A stretch of 64,000 nt of DNA, taken from NCBI GenBank assembly GCA_963677035.1, contig OY781472.1, forward strand, positions 2,879,658 to 2,943,657, in the 5' to 3' direction. A program made the position numbers and the translations under genes. The notes beneath the pieces were generated by a model, which had not been told where the DNA came from, ran no database searches, and saw nothing but the letters and a program-made list of their open reading frames with translations. The stretch comes from an uncultured Hyphomonas sp. (GTDB lineage Bacteria; Pseudomonadota; Alphaproteobacteria; Caulobacterales; Hyphomonadaceae). Positions within the stretch are counted from its first letter, which is position 1; every line of letters starts with the position of its first letter. This document shows, one piece after another, positions 27,997-40,148 of the stretch.

Positions 27997-28184
27997 ATCT
28001 GGAGAAAATAACGTATAGGTAAAACCAATAGCAACCTGTCAAGCAATCAATTGGTCCTATTCTCCTTCGAGGCGTAATGTTGTGATGAGGTGATGAACCG
28101 GCAGGCGCCCGGCCGCCAATGGATCATCACTCTGGAATTGGCGAAGGCGCCGCGCGCCTCGTTTCGAAATTGAAAGACGCTTGA

Positions 28185-30374
<2,190 letters not shown>

Positions 30375-30395
30375 GATAAATCAAACTTCAAAGTG

Positions 30396-30425
30396 TGCGG
30401 CGTTTCGGGAAACCGGAACGCCGCA
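30396..30425. terminator. Hairpin between convergent katG and rsmA (candidate bidirectional terminator)
   Basis: TGCGGCGTT...AACGCCGCA with an inner CGG-GAAA-CCG, followed by TTCTATTT on the + strand. It abuts the rsmA stop. Confidence 0.6.
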
Positions 30426-30427
30426 TT

Positions 30428-31264
30428 CTATTTGACGAGGGACGTTGCCATGCGCCGGAACTCTTCCTGCGTCAGGGTTTCAGCCCGTGCGGTCGGGTCA
30501 ATACCGAGTTCTTTCAGCCATGCCTCGGCTTTCAGGCCGTGTTTCTTGGCGAACGGCTTCAGCCCGGCGCGAAGCATCTTCCTGCGCTGGCCGAATGCCG
30601 CGCCCGCTACTTGTTCCAGCTTGTCGAGATGTGGGAATTGCTCACTTTCCGGGAGAGGGTCCAGAACGGCGACCGCGCTGTCCACTTTCGGCGGCGGCTT
30701 GAAAGCACCGGGCGGCAAGGTGAAGGCGATATGCGGCCGTGTCACCGCATGGGCGAGGACGGCGAGACGGCCATAATGCTCCGTCCCCGGCGCGGCGCAG
30801 ATGCGTTGCGCGACCTCCTTCTGGAACATCAGGGCCATTTCCCCCCGCCATGCGCCGGATTTCAGCCAGTCAATCAGCAGGATGGTTCCGACATTGTAAG
30901 GCAGGTTCGCAATGATCATGGCCGGTGTCTCTGCACCGGCCTCGGCCAGAACGGCCTCCCATCTCACCTTCCGGGCGTCTTTTTCGATGACAGTCAGCTG
31001 GCCATCCCGCGCTTCCGGCCACTCCTGCAGGGCAGACGCAAACCGCGGATCTGTCTCGACGGCGATCAGTTTTGCAGCGCCTTCCTTCAGAATGGCGCGC
31101 GTCAGCCCGCCGGGACCGGGGCCAACTTCGATAACGGTGCGTCCCTCAAGCGGGCCGGCGGCCGTGGCGGCCCTGTGCAGGATGCTGGGATCGAACAGGA
31201 AGTGTTGGCCAAGCGCCTTGCGGGCCGGTGCCTGTGTCAGCTGGGGATCGTTCTGATCGCTCAT
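30428..31264 (-). CDS. rsmA: 16S rRNA (adenine1518/1519-N6)-dimethyltransferase
   Basis: LGQHFL start region, SAM motif EVGPGPGGLT and NLPYN. Confidence 0.95.
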   Translation of the reverse strand: MSDQNDPQLTQAPARKALGQHFLFDPSILHRAATAAGPLEGRTVIEVGPGPGGLTRAILKEGAAKLIAVETDPRFASALQEWPEARDGQLTVIEKDARKVRWEAVLAEAGAETPAMIIANLPYNVGTILLIDWLKSGAWRGEMALMFQKEVAQRICAAPGTEHYGRLAVLAHAVTRPHIAFTLPPGAFKPPPKVDSAVAVLDPLPESEQFPHLDKLEQVAGAAFGQRRKMLRAGLKPFAKKHGLKAEAWLKELGIDPTARAETLTQEEFRRMATSLVK

Positions 31265-32268
31265 TGAGTTTGCCTGTTCCTGGCGACCATGGCCGCTGAT
31301 CTGATTGCCGCGATGAGGCTGTCGGGCCGGGGGTTTCCGGCTGCCGCGGCGTCATAGCCTGTGCCATGGTCCGGGCTGGTGCGGACGATCGGAAGGCCGA
31401 GCGTCATGTTCACCCCACCCCAGAAGTCCAGCGTCTTGACGGGGATCAGTCCCTGGTCGTGCGTCATGGCGATCACGGCGTCGTAGTTGCCTGACAAGGC
31501 TTCTGCGAAAACCGTGTCACCGGGTCTTGCGTCCGACATTTCTATATTCCGGGAGCGGAGGGTTTCTGCCGCCGGATTGATGATCTCAATTTCTTCGCGT
31601 CCGATTGCGCCGCCTTCACCTGCATGTGGGTTGAGGCCGGAAAATGCGATACGGGGGGAGGGAATCCCGAAATCCGTTTTCAGCGCGGCATGCACAATGG
31701 TGCCAAGCTCCACCAGATTGTCCTGTGTCAGGCTGCCCGGAACGCTGGCGAGAGATTGATGAATTGTGGCCAAAGCAACCCGGAGGCCGCCGCCGGTCAG
31801 CATCATGACTGGCCGTAGAGCAGCGGCGCCGTCCGCGCGGCAGAGTTCAGCAATGAACTCAGTGTGTCCCGGGTGCCGGAAACCCGCTCCGTAAAGCAAG
31901 GCTTTGTTGATTGGATTGGTCACGAGGCCTGCTGCCTTGCCCGCCTGCACATGTGCCACCCCGGTTTCGATCGCGGAGATGATGGCCGGTGCTGCCGCCG
32001 CATCCGGTTTGCCGGGGGCAATTGCGGGCAAACCGCCGAGAGGAATAACAGGAAGCGCCGATCCGAACGCAGCCACTGCTTCTTCGGGTGATGAGATCTC
32101 TCGTACCGGGCAGTGCTGGTTGTACAGGTCCGGCGCGCCGATGACGTAGAACGCCAAAGAGCTGTCGTCCTTCAGGACTTCCCATGCCGCCGCGGTGATG
32201 GCGGGGCCGACACCGGCAGGATCGCCCATGGACAGAACCAGAGGGGGGAGGGGCATCGGCTTGTTCAC
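31261..32268 (-). CDS. pdxA: 4-hydroxythreonine-4-phosphate dehydrogenase
   Basis: GDPAGVGP, HPGHTE and SPDHGT motifs. ATGA overlap with rsmA. Confidence 0.95.
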   Translation of the reverse strand: MNKPMPLPPLVLSMGDPAGVGPAITAAAWEVLKDDSSLAFYVIGAPDLYNQHCPVREISSPEEAVAAFGSALPVIPLGGLPAIAPGKPDAAAAPAIISAIETGVAHVQAGKAAGLVTNPINKALLYGAGFRHPGHTEFIAELCRADGAAALRPVMMLTGGGLRVALATIHQSLASVPGSLTQDNLVELGTIVHAALKTDFGIPSPRIAFSGLNPHAGEGGAIGREEIEIINPAAETLRSRNIEMSDARPGDTVFAEALSGNYDAVIAMTHDQGLIPVKTLDFWGGVNMTLGLPIVRTSPDHGTGYDAAAAGNPRPDSLIAAIRSAAMVARNRQTQ

Positions 32269-32306
32269 GCCCGGGATGTCGCGCCAAACGCGCTTGCACG
32301 CAAGCC

Positions 32307-33554
32307 TTAGCGGTAGATAATCGTTGCGTCGCGGCGCAGGTTGCGCAGCTCACGTTCGGAAATCATGCTCAGTTCGCGGCCTTTGAGGCTGTTTTTCAGA
32401 TCGTCGCGCGACGGGATCGCTTCGGCGCCTTCTTCGCGTCGGCAAACATACATGGTGCCGAGCCCACCGCTCACCGCGAAGATATCAGTCGGCTTGCCGA
32501 TCTCTGCGTTCTCGACCAAAGATTTGCCTTCCGGGCCCAGTTCTTCAACGTTGATGTCATCCAGTGGCTGGGCACGCAGTCCTTGCGTGGTGTTGGCGAC
32601 GGTCTGAACGTCTTCGCAGGATGTGATGCGGTCCATGGCGGCTCTCAGGTTTTCGTCTGTCGTATCCCGGGTAATCAGGCGAATAAGATCCACCTTGGTC
32701 GTCGCTTCCGCTGGTTCCCGCTTGTTCTGGATGTACAGGATGTAAACACCATTATCGACAACGATCGGATCCAGCATGCCTGGGCCACTCGCCGCTTCGA
32801 TTGCAGGTGCGAGGTCCGGAGAGAGGTCTGACAGGGACACCCATCCCATATCGCCTCCGGTGGCGGCTGTCGGTGCAGAAGAGAGGCGTTGAGCGGCGAC
32901 GCGGAAATCAGCGCCGGCTTTCAACTGTTCAAGGATCGACTGCGCGGCTTCTTCCGCCTGCACGCGCGTCTCGGGATCCGGTGCGAACAGGAAGATCTCG
33001 GAGAGCCTGTACTGGGTTTTTTTCGTTGCTGTCCGAATCTGCTCGATCTCATCGTCGACCTGATTGTCAGAAATCCGGATACGAGAGCCGTACAGGCCGC
33101 TCATCACCCGGTTCCAGGCGATTTCGGCGCGCATCTGCTCTTCAAGACTGGACGGATCGATCCCGGCCGCGAGCAATTGTGATCTCAGGTCTGCGCCTGT
33201 GATACCGGACTGGGCCGCCATACCATCAACGGCCCCATCGATTTCTTCCTTGCTGATCTCCAGATCGAATTCAGCGGCCTTATCCAGCTGCAGATGCTCG
33301 TCAATCAGCTGTTCAAGGGCTTGTCCGGTAATTTGCTGAACCTGCTCCTGGGACGGCTGCTGGCCGCCAAGGCTTAGCAGCAGCATGCGGGCCCGGTCGC
33401 GGACGTCGGTAAACGAGATCGGTTGATCGTTTACGACAGCAGCAACGCCTTCCAGCGTCAGGCTGCCATCGTCCGGGGCGGCGTCCTGCGCACTCGCGAT
33501 TCCGGCGAAGGGAAGGGCCAGAAATACAGCGGCGGCGACGAGTTTGCGAACCAT
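32307..33554 (-). CDS. surA: Periplasmic chaperone / peptidyl-prolyl isomerase SurA
   Basis: Signal peptide, SurA N-domain and one parvulin-like domain. Sits in the canonical lptD-surA-pdxA-rsmA order. Confidence 0.85.
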   Translation of the reverse strand: MVRKLVAAAVFLALPFAGIASAQDAAPDDGSLTLEGVAAVVNDQPISFTDVRDRARMLLLSLGGQQPSQEQVQQITGQALEQLIDEHLQLDKAAEFDLEISKEEIDGAVDGMAAQSGITGADLRSQLLAAGIDPSSLEEQMRAEIAWNRVMSGLYGSRIRISDNQVDDEIEQIRTATKKTQYRLSEIFLFAPDPETRVQAEEAAQSILEQLKAGADFRVAAQRLSSAPTAATGGDMGWVSLSDLSPDLAPAIEAASGPGMLDPIVVDNGVYILYIQNKREPAEATTKVDLIRLITRDTTDENLRAAMDRITSCEDVQTVANTTQGLRAQPLDDINVEELGPEGKSLVENAEIGKPTDIFAVSGGLGTMYVCRREEGAEAIPSRDDLKNSLKGRELSMISERELRNLRRDATIIYR

Positions 33555-33604
33555 TAGAGGTCTCCAATTCGTGCCTGCGAACCAGCAGGCAGGTATTCAT
33601 TTTG

Positions 33605-33632
33605 ACCATACAATCCCTGTTGTGTGGTGCAA
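33605..33632 (-). promoter_or_regulatory. Weak candidate internal promoter upstream of surA
   Basis: Minus strand reads TTGCAC, N16, TATGGT, followed by hairpin GCCTGC-TGGTTC-GCAGGC (33573-33590) and SD GGAG. Confidence 0.25.
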
Positions 33633-33706
33633 CGCGGGCTCGCAGTCCGCCCTGATAACTTACGGATATTTAGGGTTCACGGCGATTTCAGGGCGAATGG
33701 GGCGAA

Positions 33707-35902
33707 TCAATCGAACTCGCTTGATCCGAATTCACCGAGTGTTTTGAGCGAGAAACGGATCTGAATGTTTTCTGACGGCCCCTGCGTACGGTCATTCAAT
33801 TCGGTCCGGCTATAGACGAGTTCGAGACGCGAACACTCGTCTTCATAGGCGATCCCGAAGTTTCGCTTCACGTTGAGATTTCCTGAAATATCTCTCAGCT
33901 GGCCGAACAGGATGGAGTAGCGATCCGTTACGCGGAATTCTCCGCTTAGGAAGATCCCCTCATCTTCGCCCCGCCCGGTCGGATTTAGCCGCTCGCTCAA
34001 CTTGTAATACTGCGCTGTCCCGCGCCAGCGTTTCGTTTGCGTCGTAAGGCGGGTGTCGATGCGGTTCAGCTGCATGCCGTCATCATCCAGGCGCAAATGG
34101 GTGTCGACGCGGAGAAGGTCTCCGAAATCGGCTGTTGTTGCGACCATCCAGTCAGAGACTGTTCCATCCAGGTTTGAGGTCGCGTTGAACGAAGCATCCG
34201 TCCGGGACCGCCAGCGGCGACCGATTGTTGCAGACAGCTCAGGCCCATCCTTCCAGACAGCTCTTGCCGTCAACCCAGCTGAAATCTTGCCATCGCCGTC
34301 ATACAGATCGTAACCGGCAACGCCGTTCGCATCGAACAGGGCAGTTTCGTCCATTTCAAACAGCAGGGCGTCTTCGTTCGGGATCGCCGGGTCATTCGAG
34401 TTGGACGTGCCCCACGCTGCCATGACTTCCGGTTCCAGCATGATGTCGACGGTCTTGCCAGGGCGGATCATCGGATAGGCGATACGGGTGCCAGCGTTCC
34501 CAACAACACGGGCTACGTTGTCCTCACCTGCGGTATTCTTGTCGAGCTGGTAGTAGTCTCCACGCAATTCTGCGAATGGCTCGAAGGTGAAGCCACCCGG
34601 CAGAATTTTGTAGGCTGACCAGTCAGACCCGACGCTCACACGCTGGCTGTCCGAACCGACATCGCGGCGGAGGATTGCGGTCGAGGCGTTCACGCTGGCA
34701 AAACCGTAATCACCAAGGTCCCAGTATTTCTCGCTGAACATCAGGGGCGTCACGGTTGGCAGACTACCGTCCCTATCGAACTCCCGAAGGCCCTGAATCG
34801 ATAGGAGGGCGACATCGGTATAGTAGGTGTCGCCTTGTCCAACGGCGTAGAGCTGGGACAACAGTCGCCGCGGCTGGCTCATATAAATGCCGCGTTCGTC
34901 CCCCTGTCCGTCGATGTCGTAGCGGCGATCGTAGAGGTCGTCGGTCTGGGTTTCGACCCCAAACCCCCATTGCCAGTGGTTCGTAATTGCGAACCGGCCG
35001 CTGCCATAGAGATGGCCCCGCCATTTTTCTTCGCCGAATTTTTCGCCGCGGCTATCGAAGTCCTTTTCGCGTGTGAAGCTGGTATTGAGGTTGATGGATC
35101 CCGAATAAAACCGCCTCCGGTAATCGAGCTCCAGCATCGGATTGACCTTGGCCGAAATCATGGGTGCGATCGTTAAATCGGAAGAGTCTGAAATCGCCCA
35201 ATAATAAGGTTGCTGATAGAAAGCACCGATCTTGGAAGAAACGCCAACGGATGGGATCATGAAGCCTGAGCGGCGTTCTGAGGTCGGGTCCGGGTGGGCC
35301 ATGTAAGGAAAGTAGAAGATCGGGAGACCCATGACTTCCAGAACGGCATCCCGGTACGAAATCATCTGCGATTCCTGGTCCAGCACGGCCCGGCGGGCGC
35401 GCAATGACCAGGTTGGCTTCTGACCTTTGGCTTCGCAGATCGGGCAGGCGGTGTAGATGACCTGGTCCATCGCGTTGACGCCATCCGGCTCGCGGATAGC
35501 CGAATTCGCGACGATCGTTGACCCGTCCGGCAGGCGTGCCGAGTAACCAATCGCATAGCCGTCAGACAGGTTGGAGCCGACCTCGACTTCGTCGGAAAAT
35601 TGCTGGCTTCCGTCTGTTTCGATTATGACCACATTGCCGGTGGCCCGAACCCGTTCTGTAGTCCGGTTGTAGATCAGGCGATCCGCGCGCAAGATACGGC
35701 CTTCATACAGCGCTTCAACATTGCCTTCGGCAACGATCGAGTTCTCGTCTCGCAACTCGTAGACATAGTCCGCTTCCAGAACCACCTGTTCGGAGGGGGC
35801 CGCAGCGTTATCGGGGGTGGTCGTGCCTTCCTGAGCCATCGCCCCAAGAGAAGGCGTCGCGGCCAGCACCAGGGCTGCAGCATAGTGATACCAATTGGCC
35901 AA
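33707..35902 (-). CDS. lptD: LPS-assembly outer membrane protein LptD
   Basis: Signal peptide, OstA N-terminal domain (GNV....G..L.AD...Y) and a large beta-barrel (731 aa). Confidence 0.9.
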   Translation of the reverse strand: MANWYHYAAALVLAATPSLGAMAQEGTTTPDNAAAPSEQVVLEADYVYELRDENSIVAEGNVEALYEGRILRADRLIYNRTTERVRATGNVVIIETDGSQQFSDEVEVGSNLSDGYAIGYSARLPDGSTIVANSAIREPDGVNAMDQVIYTACPICEAKGQKPTWSLRARRAVLDQESQMISYRDAVLEVMGLPIFYFPYMAHPDPTSERRSGFMIPSVGVSSKIGAFYQQPYYWAISDSSDLTIAPMISAKVNPMLELDYRRRFYSGSINLNTSFTREKDFDSRGEKFGEEKWRGHLYGSGRFAITNHWQWGFGVETQTDDLYDRRYDIDGQGDERGIYMSQPRRLLSQLYAVGQGDTYYTDVALLSIQGLREFDRDGSLPTVTPLMFSEKYWDLGDYGFASVNASTAILRRDVGSDSQRVSVGSDWSAYKILPGGFTFEPFAELRGDYYQLDKNTAGEDNVARVVGNAGTRIAYPMIRPGKTVDIMLEPEVMAAWGTSNSNDPAIPNEDALLFEMDETALFDANGVAGYDLYDGDGKISAGLTARAVWKDGPELSATIGRRWRSRTDASFNATSNLDGTVSDWMVATTADFGDLLRVDTHLRLDDDGMQLNRIDTRLTTQTKRWRGTAQYYKLSERLNPTGRGEDEGIFLSGEFRVTDRYSILFGQLRDISGNLNVKRNFGIAYEDECSRLELVYSRTELNDRTQGPSENIQIRFSLKTLGEFGSSEFD

Positions 35903-36070
35903 ATCGGGCTACCTCGGTTTTGCCCCCGGCAGCGCCGGCTGCGGAATACGGATTTCTGTCTCGGTTTCTGAGGCTTAGAGGCTGTCCCCTGCATCGTCCA
36001 GCCACCGAGCGCGCATGAGCGCTTTTTCAGCTTGCTTCCGGTGCAGCATGGCCACAGCCATGCTCTTTGA

Positions 36071-37168
36071 TCAAAAGGCTTTTGCAGCCAGTCCTCCCGG
36101 CAGGGTCTGGGCTTCGCCGGAGAGTTCAAGTTCCAGCAGGACGGCGGCGCAGCGCGAGGCGGGCAGGTTGCTCGCGCGGGCGATTTCATCGACCGGCATG
36201 GGGTGGGGAGAAAGCGCTTCGGTGACCCGCTGCAATTCCGATTCGCTCGGCTCGCCAGCATCCGGGTCGTACTCGAACGGGCGTGGAGGCGGCGCCGAAA
36301 CGCTGCGCCTGTCCAATGTGGCGAGAATATCAAGGACATCATCGGCGTGACGCACGAGCGTTGCGCCTTGATGCAGCAGGCTGTTTGTTCCGGCGGCGCG
36401 CGGGTCAAGCGGTGAGCCCGGCACGGCCATCACTTCGCGGCCCTGTTCCCCTGCGACCCGCGCCGAAATCAGTGAGCCTGAGCGTTCGGCGGCTTCCACC
36501 ACGACCACGCCCATCGACATGCCTGTGATGATACGGTTCCGGCGCGGGAAATCCTGCGCTTTGGCCCGGTATCCGAACGGACTTTCCGAAACGATGAGAC
36601 CGGACGCGGCAATCTCGGCATAAAGCCTTTGGTGCTGAGGCGGATAGACATGGTCAACCGCGCCCCCGAGTACGGCAATCGTCCCCGACTCAAGGCTGGC
36701 GGCGTGCGCTTCGCCATCAATGCCGAGCGCCAGGCCGGAGACGATGGAAAATCCATTCTGGCCAAGTTCCGCGGCCATGTTTCGCGCGATTTTCCGGCCG
36801 GCTGCAGATGCATTCCGGGCGCCTACAATTGCGACGGTGGGGCGGGCGGCGAGGTCCGTATTGCCCAGCACTGTCAGGACAGGTGGCGGCGGTTCAAGGT
36901 CTCTCAGAAGAGGCGGGTAGTCTGGTTCGGAGCTTAGGACGATGCGGGCACCGTAACGGTGTACCGCCTTTAGCTCCTGTTCGACCTCCTCAGGCGGCGG
37001 TGGCTGGAGAGGCCGGGCCCTGCGGGACCGCTTTGCCAGTTCCGGCAGAGCGTCGAGCGCGGCTCCCGCTGAGCCGAACCGGCGCAGTAACTGAAAGAAG
37101 CTGACAGGACCTATGCCGTGGGTTCTGGCAAGACGGATCCAGTTCAGCCGTTCGCTGTCAGACATCAT
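36071..37168 (-). CDS. dprA: DNA-processing protein DprA
   Basis: Rossmann-like DprA core (VAIVGARNAS..G, SGLALGIDG.AH, VVVEA..RSGSLI.A). ATGA overlap with plsY. Confidence 0.9.
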   Translation of the reverse strand: MMSDSERLNWIRLARTHGIGPVSFFQLLRRFGSAGAALDALPELAKRSRRARPLQPPPPEEVEQELKAVHRYGARIVLSSEPDYPPLLRDLEPPPPVLTVLGNTDLAARPTVAIVGARNASAAGRKIARNMAAELGQNGFSIVSGLALGIDGEAHAASLESGTIAVLGGAVDHVYPPQHQRLYAEIAASGLIVSESPFGYRAKAQDFPRRNRIITGMSMGVVVVEAAERSGSLISARVAGEQGREVMAVPGSPLDPRAAGTNSLLHQGATLVRHADDVLDILATLDRRSVSAPPPRPFEYDPDAGEPSESELQRVTEALSPHPMPVDEIARASNLPASRCAAVLLELELSGEAQTLPGGLAAKAF

Positions 37169-37797
37169 GCGTCAGGTTTCGCTTTGGAGCTCCCAAAACG
37201 CGGCTCTGTGCCCTTGATCAGGCGGCCAAGATTGGTGCGATGGGTCCAGAAGACAAAGGCCGACAACGCAGCCAGTCCGGAAAGAATAAACCAGTTATGA
37301 GGCCGGTGCTGAAGCTCCTCCACAAACCATGCCCCTGGTGCGACGAGGACCGCAGCCGTCAGCGCGGCAAGAGAAGAAATGCGCGTGATAGCAAAAACGA
37401 TAAGCCAGACGGGTGCAGCAACGTAGAATGCCGGCAGCGAGACAAACGGCAACAGACCAGCGAACGTCGCCACGCCTTTCCCGCCCTTGAACCCCAGCCA
37501 GACAGGATAGCAATGGCCCACAAATGCTGAAGCCCCCGCGATCAATCCCGTTTCCGGACCGCTAAGTATGCTAAATCCCAGAGCGACCAGGCCTGCTTTG
37601 AGGCTGTCGAGTAGCAGGGTCACCAGCGCCAGGTCCTTCCGGCCTGTTCGCAGTACATTTGTTGCGCCGATGTTGCCGGAGCCGATCTGGCGTATATCGC
37701 CGAGCCCCGCCGCGCGGGTCATCAGAAGGCCAAACGGAATGGAGCCAGCCAGATAGCCGATCAGCGCAGCAAGCGGATAAACGATGTATGCGGCCAT
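37165..37797 (-). CDS. plsY: Glycerol-3-phosphate acyltransferase PlsY
   Basis: YLAGSIPFG and GSGNIGATNVLR motifs. The ATG at 37797 has GGAG 6 nt upstream; the track GTG at 37815 is less likely. Confidence 0.9.
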   Translation of the reverse strand: MAAYIVYPLAALIGYLAGSIPFGLLMTRAAGLGDIRQIGSGNIGATNVLRTGRKDLALVTLLLDSLKAGLVALGFSILSGPETGLIAGASAFVGHCYPVWLGFKGGKGVATFAGLLPFVSLPAFYVAAPVWLIVFAITRISSLAALTAAVLVAPGAWFVEELQHRPHNWFILSGLAALSAFVFWTHRTNLGRLIKGTEPRFGSSKAKPDA

Positions 37798-37856
37798 GCG
37801 CAGCTCCGGAAACACGTAGATGTGGTAGGCAGGGATCGGCGCGCGGGCAAGCCTTC

Positions 37857-39149
37857 TCAGGCGATGCTTTCGTGAGCGAAGACTTCTTCACCGGCGACAA
37901 AGGTCCGCAATACACGCCCCTGAAGGCGCCGGCCATCGAAAGGTGAGTTCGTTGAACGCGAGCGCAGATGTTCCCGTTCGCACAGCCAGGGCTTGCCGGG
38001 ATCGAACAGAATCATGTCCGCAGGGGCATTCGGTGCGAGCCGGCCCTGCGGAAGTCCGAGCATGTCGGCAGGACGGCAGGTTACCGGTGCAAGGGCTTCG
38101 AGCAGAGTCAGCGGCCCGTCATGAACAAGGCTGAGCATGGCCGGGAGGACGGTTTCCAGTCCCGCTGCGCCAAAGGCCGCTTCGCCAAAGGGAAGACGCT
38201 TTTCTTCAGGCGGTTGAGGATCGTGCGCAGAAACGACGGCATCGATCTCACCTCGCTTCAGGGCATCAATCAGGCCGAGCCGGGTCTCTTCGTCCCGGAA
38301 GGGCGGATTGACTTTGCAGTAGGTCAGATAGTCGCCGACATCCCGCTCATTAAAGAAGAAGCTGTGCGCGGCAGCCGTCGTGAAGACCTTCGCGCCCCGC
38401 TCACGGGCCGCCCTGGCGAACGCAACCGTGCGCGGTGTGGAAACCTGATCCAGAATAAGCGTGCAGCCTGTCGCTTCCGCCAACGCTGTGTCACGCATGG
38501 CACCGATCCATTCGGCTTCGACAGGCATGCCGGGCAGGCCCATGCGGCCGGCGAGTTCACCCGCATTCATGACGCCGGACCCTGCAAGCGTCCGCTCGTC
38601 CGGCCGGGACATGATGATTACCCCAAGGCTGGCAGCGTATGCCATCGCCCTCTTCAGGATCGACGCGTTGGCGACTGGCAGATCTCCATTGGTGAAAACA
38701 ACCGCGCCGGAATTCGCCATGAGGCCAATCTCGGCCATGGCTTCGCCCTTCAGACCGGTCGTCAGGGCACCCGCGGGATAGATCCGGGCAGCTGCGCTGG
38801 CTTTTGCCTGGTCGGTGATGAAGCGGACGAGTGCCATGTCATCGATCACGGGTTTCGTATCCGGCATCACAACGAAGCTTGTGATGCCACCAGCCACCGC
38901 GGAGCGTGACGCCGTTGCCAGCGTTTCTCTCTGCTCCACCCCTGGTTCGCCTGTCTTTACGCGAAGATCCACAAGTCCGGGGGCGAGGCACAGGCCGCCT
39001 GCATCAATGGCCACTTTGGCATCGGCATGGGCGCTGGTCTGGCCGATTGTGATGTCTTTCACTTTGCCGCGCTCGACGAAGATCGCGCCGGTCTCGTCGA
39101 GGCCGCTGGCCGGGTCCAGCAGGCGGGCATTGTAGATGCTGAGGCTCAT
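37857..39149 (-). CDS. pyrC': Dihydroorotase-like protein lacking catalytic metal ligands (PyrC'-type, probably non-catalytic)
   Basis: Overall DHOase type I architecture and ATGA coupling to pyrB. However, [10 protein letters not shown] replaces D.HVH.REPG and SAHDPQ replaces (S/T)DHAPH. It resembles Pseudomonas PyrC' (APGLVDL.V..EPG, FTNG, NSPF.G..L.GRV). Confidence 0.8.
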   Translation of the reverse strand: MSLSIYNARLLDPASGLDETGAIFVERGKVKDITIGQTSAHADAKVAIDAGGLCLAPGLVDLRVKTGEPGVEQRETLATASRSAVAGGITSFVVMPDTKPVIDDMALVRFITDQAKASAAARIYPAGALTTGLKGEAMAEIGLMANSGAVVFTNGDLPVANASILKRAMAYAASLGVIIMSRPDERTLAGSGVMNAGELAGRMGLPGMPVEAEWIGAMRDTALAEATGCTLILDQVSTPRTVAFARAARERGAKVFTTAAAHSFFFNERDVGDYLTYCKVNPPFRDEETRLGLIDALKRGEIDAVVSAHDPQPPEEKRLPFGEAAFGAAGLETVLPAMLSLVHDGPLTLLEALAPVTCRPADMLGLPQGRLAPNAPADMILFDPGKPWLCEREHLRSRSTNSPFDGRRLQGRVLRTFVAGEEVFAHESIA

Positions 39150-40093
39150 GCTTTGCCTCCTGCCAGAAGGTGGAGGACAGCTTCGCGCACTGCGACACCC
39201 ATCTCGACCTGCTCCGTAATGACGGACTGTTCGCCGTCGGCGATGGCGCTTTCAATCTCGATACCCCGGTTCATCGGACCGGGATGCATGACGGTCGCGT
39301 CTGGTTTGGCCAGGGCGAGACGGTCCTTGGTGAGACCGAAGAAGCTGAAATATTCGCGCCGGCTGGGCAGGAAGGCGCCGTCCATCCGTTCCAGCTGCAG
39401 GCGCAACATCATGACGATGTCAGCACCTTTCAGGGCCTTGTCGAAGTCAGTTGTTGCGCTGGCCGCGCCCCAGGTTTCGGTGCCGGATGGTAGAAGTGTC
39501 CGGGGGGCGCAGAGATGAACTTCGGCGCCCATCAGGTGGAGCGCTTGTGTCGTGGAACGGGCGACGCGGGAGTGGGCAATGTCGCCACAAATGACGACCT
39601 TCAGTCCCTCTATCCGGCCTTTTGCGCGCCGGATGGTCAATGTGTCGAGCAGGCCCTGCGTCGGGTGCTGATGCGTCCCGTCTCCTGCATTGATCACAGC
39701 GCAATCCACCTTGCGCGACAGCAGTTTCGGTCCGCCGGAGGCCGAGTGGCGCACGATCAGCGCGTCAGGCTTCATCGCGTTCAGGGTCATCGCCGTATCG
39801 ATCAACGTTTCGCCTTTCTTCACGCTGGACGCAGCAACGGGCATGGAGATCACGTCCGCGCCAAGGCGGCGGGCGGCGATTTCGAAGCTGCTCATGGTCC
39901 GCGTGGAATTCTCGAAGAACAGGTTCACGACCACCTTGCCCTTCAACACCGGATCGGGCCGGATGCCGGCACGGGTGGCCTCAGCATAGCTGTCCGCAAG
40001 ATCCAGAATGTGGGTGATATCGAGAGGAGAAAGCCCTTCAATACTGAGCAAATGCTCATGATCGAAGCTGTAATGATATGCCGCCCGGGTCAT
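39146..40093 (-). CDS. pyrB: Aspartate carbamoyltransferase catalytic subunit
   Basis: STRT, HPTQ and HPGP motifs. The start at 40093 (MTRAAYH..) fits the usual length; the track start at 40225 overlaps the AEC gene. Confidence 0.95.
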   Translation of the reverse strand: MTRAAYHYSFDHEHLLSIEGLSPLDITHILDLADSYAEATRAGIRPDPVLKGKVVVNLFFENSTRTMSSFEIAARRLGADVISMPVAASSVKKGETLIDTAMTLNAMKPDALIVRHSASGGPKLLSRKVDCAVINAGDGTHQHPTQGLLDTLTIRRAKGRIEGLKVVICGDIAHSRVARSTTQALHLMGAEVHLCAPRTLLPSGTETWGAASATTDFDKALKGADIVMMLRLQLERMDGAFLPSRREYFSFFGLTKDRLALAKPDATVMHPGPMNRGIEIESAIADGEQSVITEQVEMGVAVREAVLHLLAGGKA

Positions 40094-40148
40094 CGAGGCC
40101 CTTTCGATTTTTCGCGGTTTAGGCCCGATTCCGCCGGGCTTCAAGTGC

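Noticed and set aside
35600-36350. Plus-strand ORFs 35600-35971 and 36015-36350, and a weak hairpin plus T-run (36011-36030), in the lptD/dprA junction. Considered as a small gene or sRNA.
   Set aside because: The ORFs overlap the lptD and dprA coding regions in antisense and have shadow-ORF composition. The hairpin has only a 5-bp stem, and no promoter is evident.
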